A stretch of 64,000 nt of DNA, from positions 768,001-832,000 of the forward strand of contig CAVTBU010000005.1 of assembly GCA_963733035.1 (NCBI GenBank), given 5' to 3'. Under the pieces are notes generated by a model. The model worked only from the letters and a program-made list of their open reading frames with translations, did no database searches and had not been told where the DNA came from. The position numbers and the translations under genes are program-made. This DNA is from Pirellulales bacterium. GTDB lineage: Bacteria; Planctomycetota; Planctomycetia; Pirellulales; PALSA-1355. This document shows, in pieces, positions 62,866 through 64,000 of the stretch (positions are counted from its first letter, which is position 1; every line of letters starts with the position of its first letter).

Positions 62866-64000
62866 ATGTCGAACGCTCGACTTGCCCTGCGTGCCCGGTA
62901 TGTACTGCCAGTTTGTGGGCCGCCGATTGCGGACGGAGTGGTGGTCATTGAGGGAACCGAGATCGCCGAAGTTGGAACCAACAGCGGCGGGGCGAGGGAA
63001 CAGGACCTGGGTGACGTATTGCTGCTACCAGGTTTCGTGAACGCTCACACGCACCTGGAATTCAGCGACCTGGCGGCTCCGCTCGGCGCGCCGGGCTCGG
63101 TATTGCCAGACTGGATTCGCGAGGTGATCGGGCATCGGCGCGGCGATTTTGGAGGGGGCATCACGGCGGTTTCGCAGGGCTTGCTCGAGTGTTTGGCTGC
63201 CGGGAGCACGACGATCGGCGAGATTGCCACGTTTGACTGGCGAAGCGCGGAAGGGCTGCCCAACGAACGACCGAACACCGTGATGTTTTTCGAATTGATT
63301 GGCCCTACGATTCCCCGCGCAGTCAGCCGCTGCAAGTGCTGAGCAATTCCTGAAGGCAACTGGGATACGTGACGAAAGGATCGTACCGGCCCTCAGCCCG
63401 CATGCGCCGTATAGCGTTCACCCTCGTCTGTTGGCATCGATTGTCGAATTGAGCCAACGCCATCGCGTGCCGTTGGCGATGCACCTGGCCGAGTCGCGAG
63501 AAGAACTGGAACTGCTGAACCTCGGTTCCGGCCCGTTTCGCGACATGCTCGAAGCCGTGGGGGCGTGGGACCCGGCAGACAAGGCGCGACTCAGCTGCGT
63601 GCTCGACTATCTAACGGAGTTGGCGCGCGCCGAACGTTCCCTGGTGATTCACGGCAACTATTTGGATGACGAGGAAATCGAGTTCGTGGCAGATCATGCC
63701 GAGAGAATGGCGGTGGTGTACTGCCCGCGGACACATCGCTTCTTCGATCACGATTCGTATCGGCTCGCTGATATGCTCGCCGCCGGTGTAACCCTGGCGT
63801 TGGGCACAGACAGCCGCGCATCGAATCCAGATTTGTGCATGTTGGAGGAAATCAGAGCCGCAGTGGAAGCCCATCCCGCCGTTTCACCGGTAACGATCCT
63901 GGAACTAGCGACGCTGGGAGGTGCGAGAGCGCTGGGGCTGAGAGATCGCGTGGGAACCCTGGAGACAGGGAAACGGGCTGATTTGGTCGCGGTACAGGTG
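62866..64000 (+). CDS. Metal-dependent amidohydrolase (SsnA / aminodeoxyfutalosine deaminase-like); frameshift near 63325; runs off the window end
   Basis: PGFVNAHTHLE, then in a shifted frame SPHAPYSVH, MHLAES, IHGNY, YCPR, LGTDS, GKRAD. Confidence 0.82.

Overview
GC-rich bacterial chromosomal window, almost certainly Planctomycetota (Pirellulales-like). This is inferred from mch, PEP-CTERM, Hint-domain HEAT proteins, the futalosine genes and the MKVFTTGQVAK regulator. Most of it is core genome: HU/IHF, pyrD, trpS, acpS, topA, glgB, ffs-dnaX-ybaB-recR-rpoN, nrdR, moaC, mqnA/mqnC, gadB and natAB. The main accessory block (19.7-33.5 kb) is a lipid cluster. It combines oleA/oleC/oleD (no oleB in the window) with a dedicated FabF-ACP-2x phytoene-desaturase-like-FabZ-FabI module, and two tandem secreted Hint (intein-like) proteins lie inside it. 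Other oddities: an A10 tract in dnaX after which the tau C-terminal domain is in another frame, an NrdR with a duplicated zinc ribbon, an apparently catalytically dead RNase HI paralog, an Mch-RimK in-frame fusion, and recurring CsrA-type GGA elements at several gene leaders. About eight single-base frameshifts, most at G runs and one in the dnaX Walker A motif, point to long-read assembly errors rather than pseudogenes. I saw no rRNA, tRNA, CRISPR array or IS element. All calls come from reading the sequence and motifs; no searches were run.
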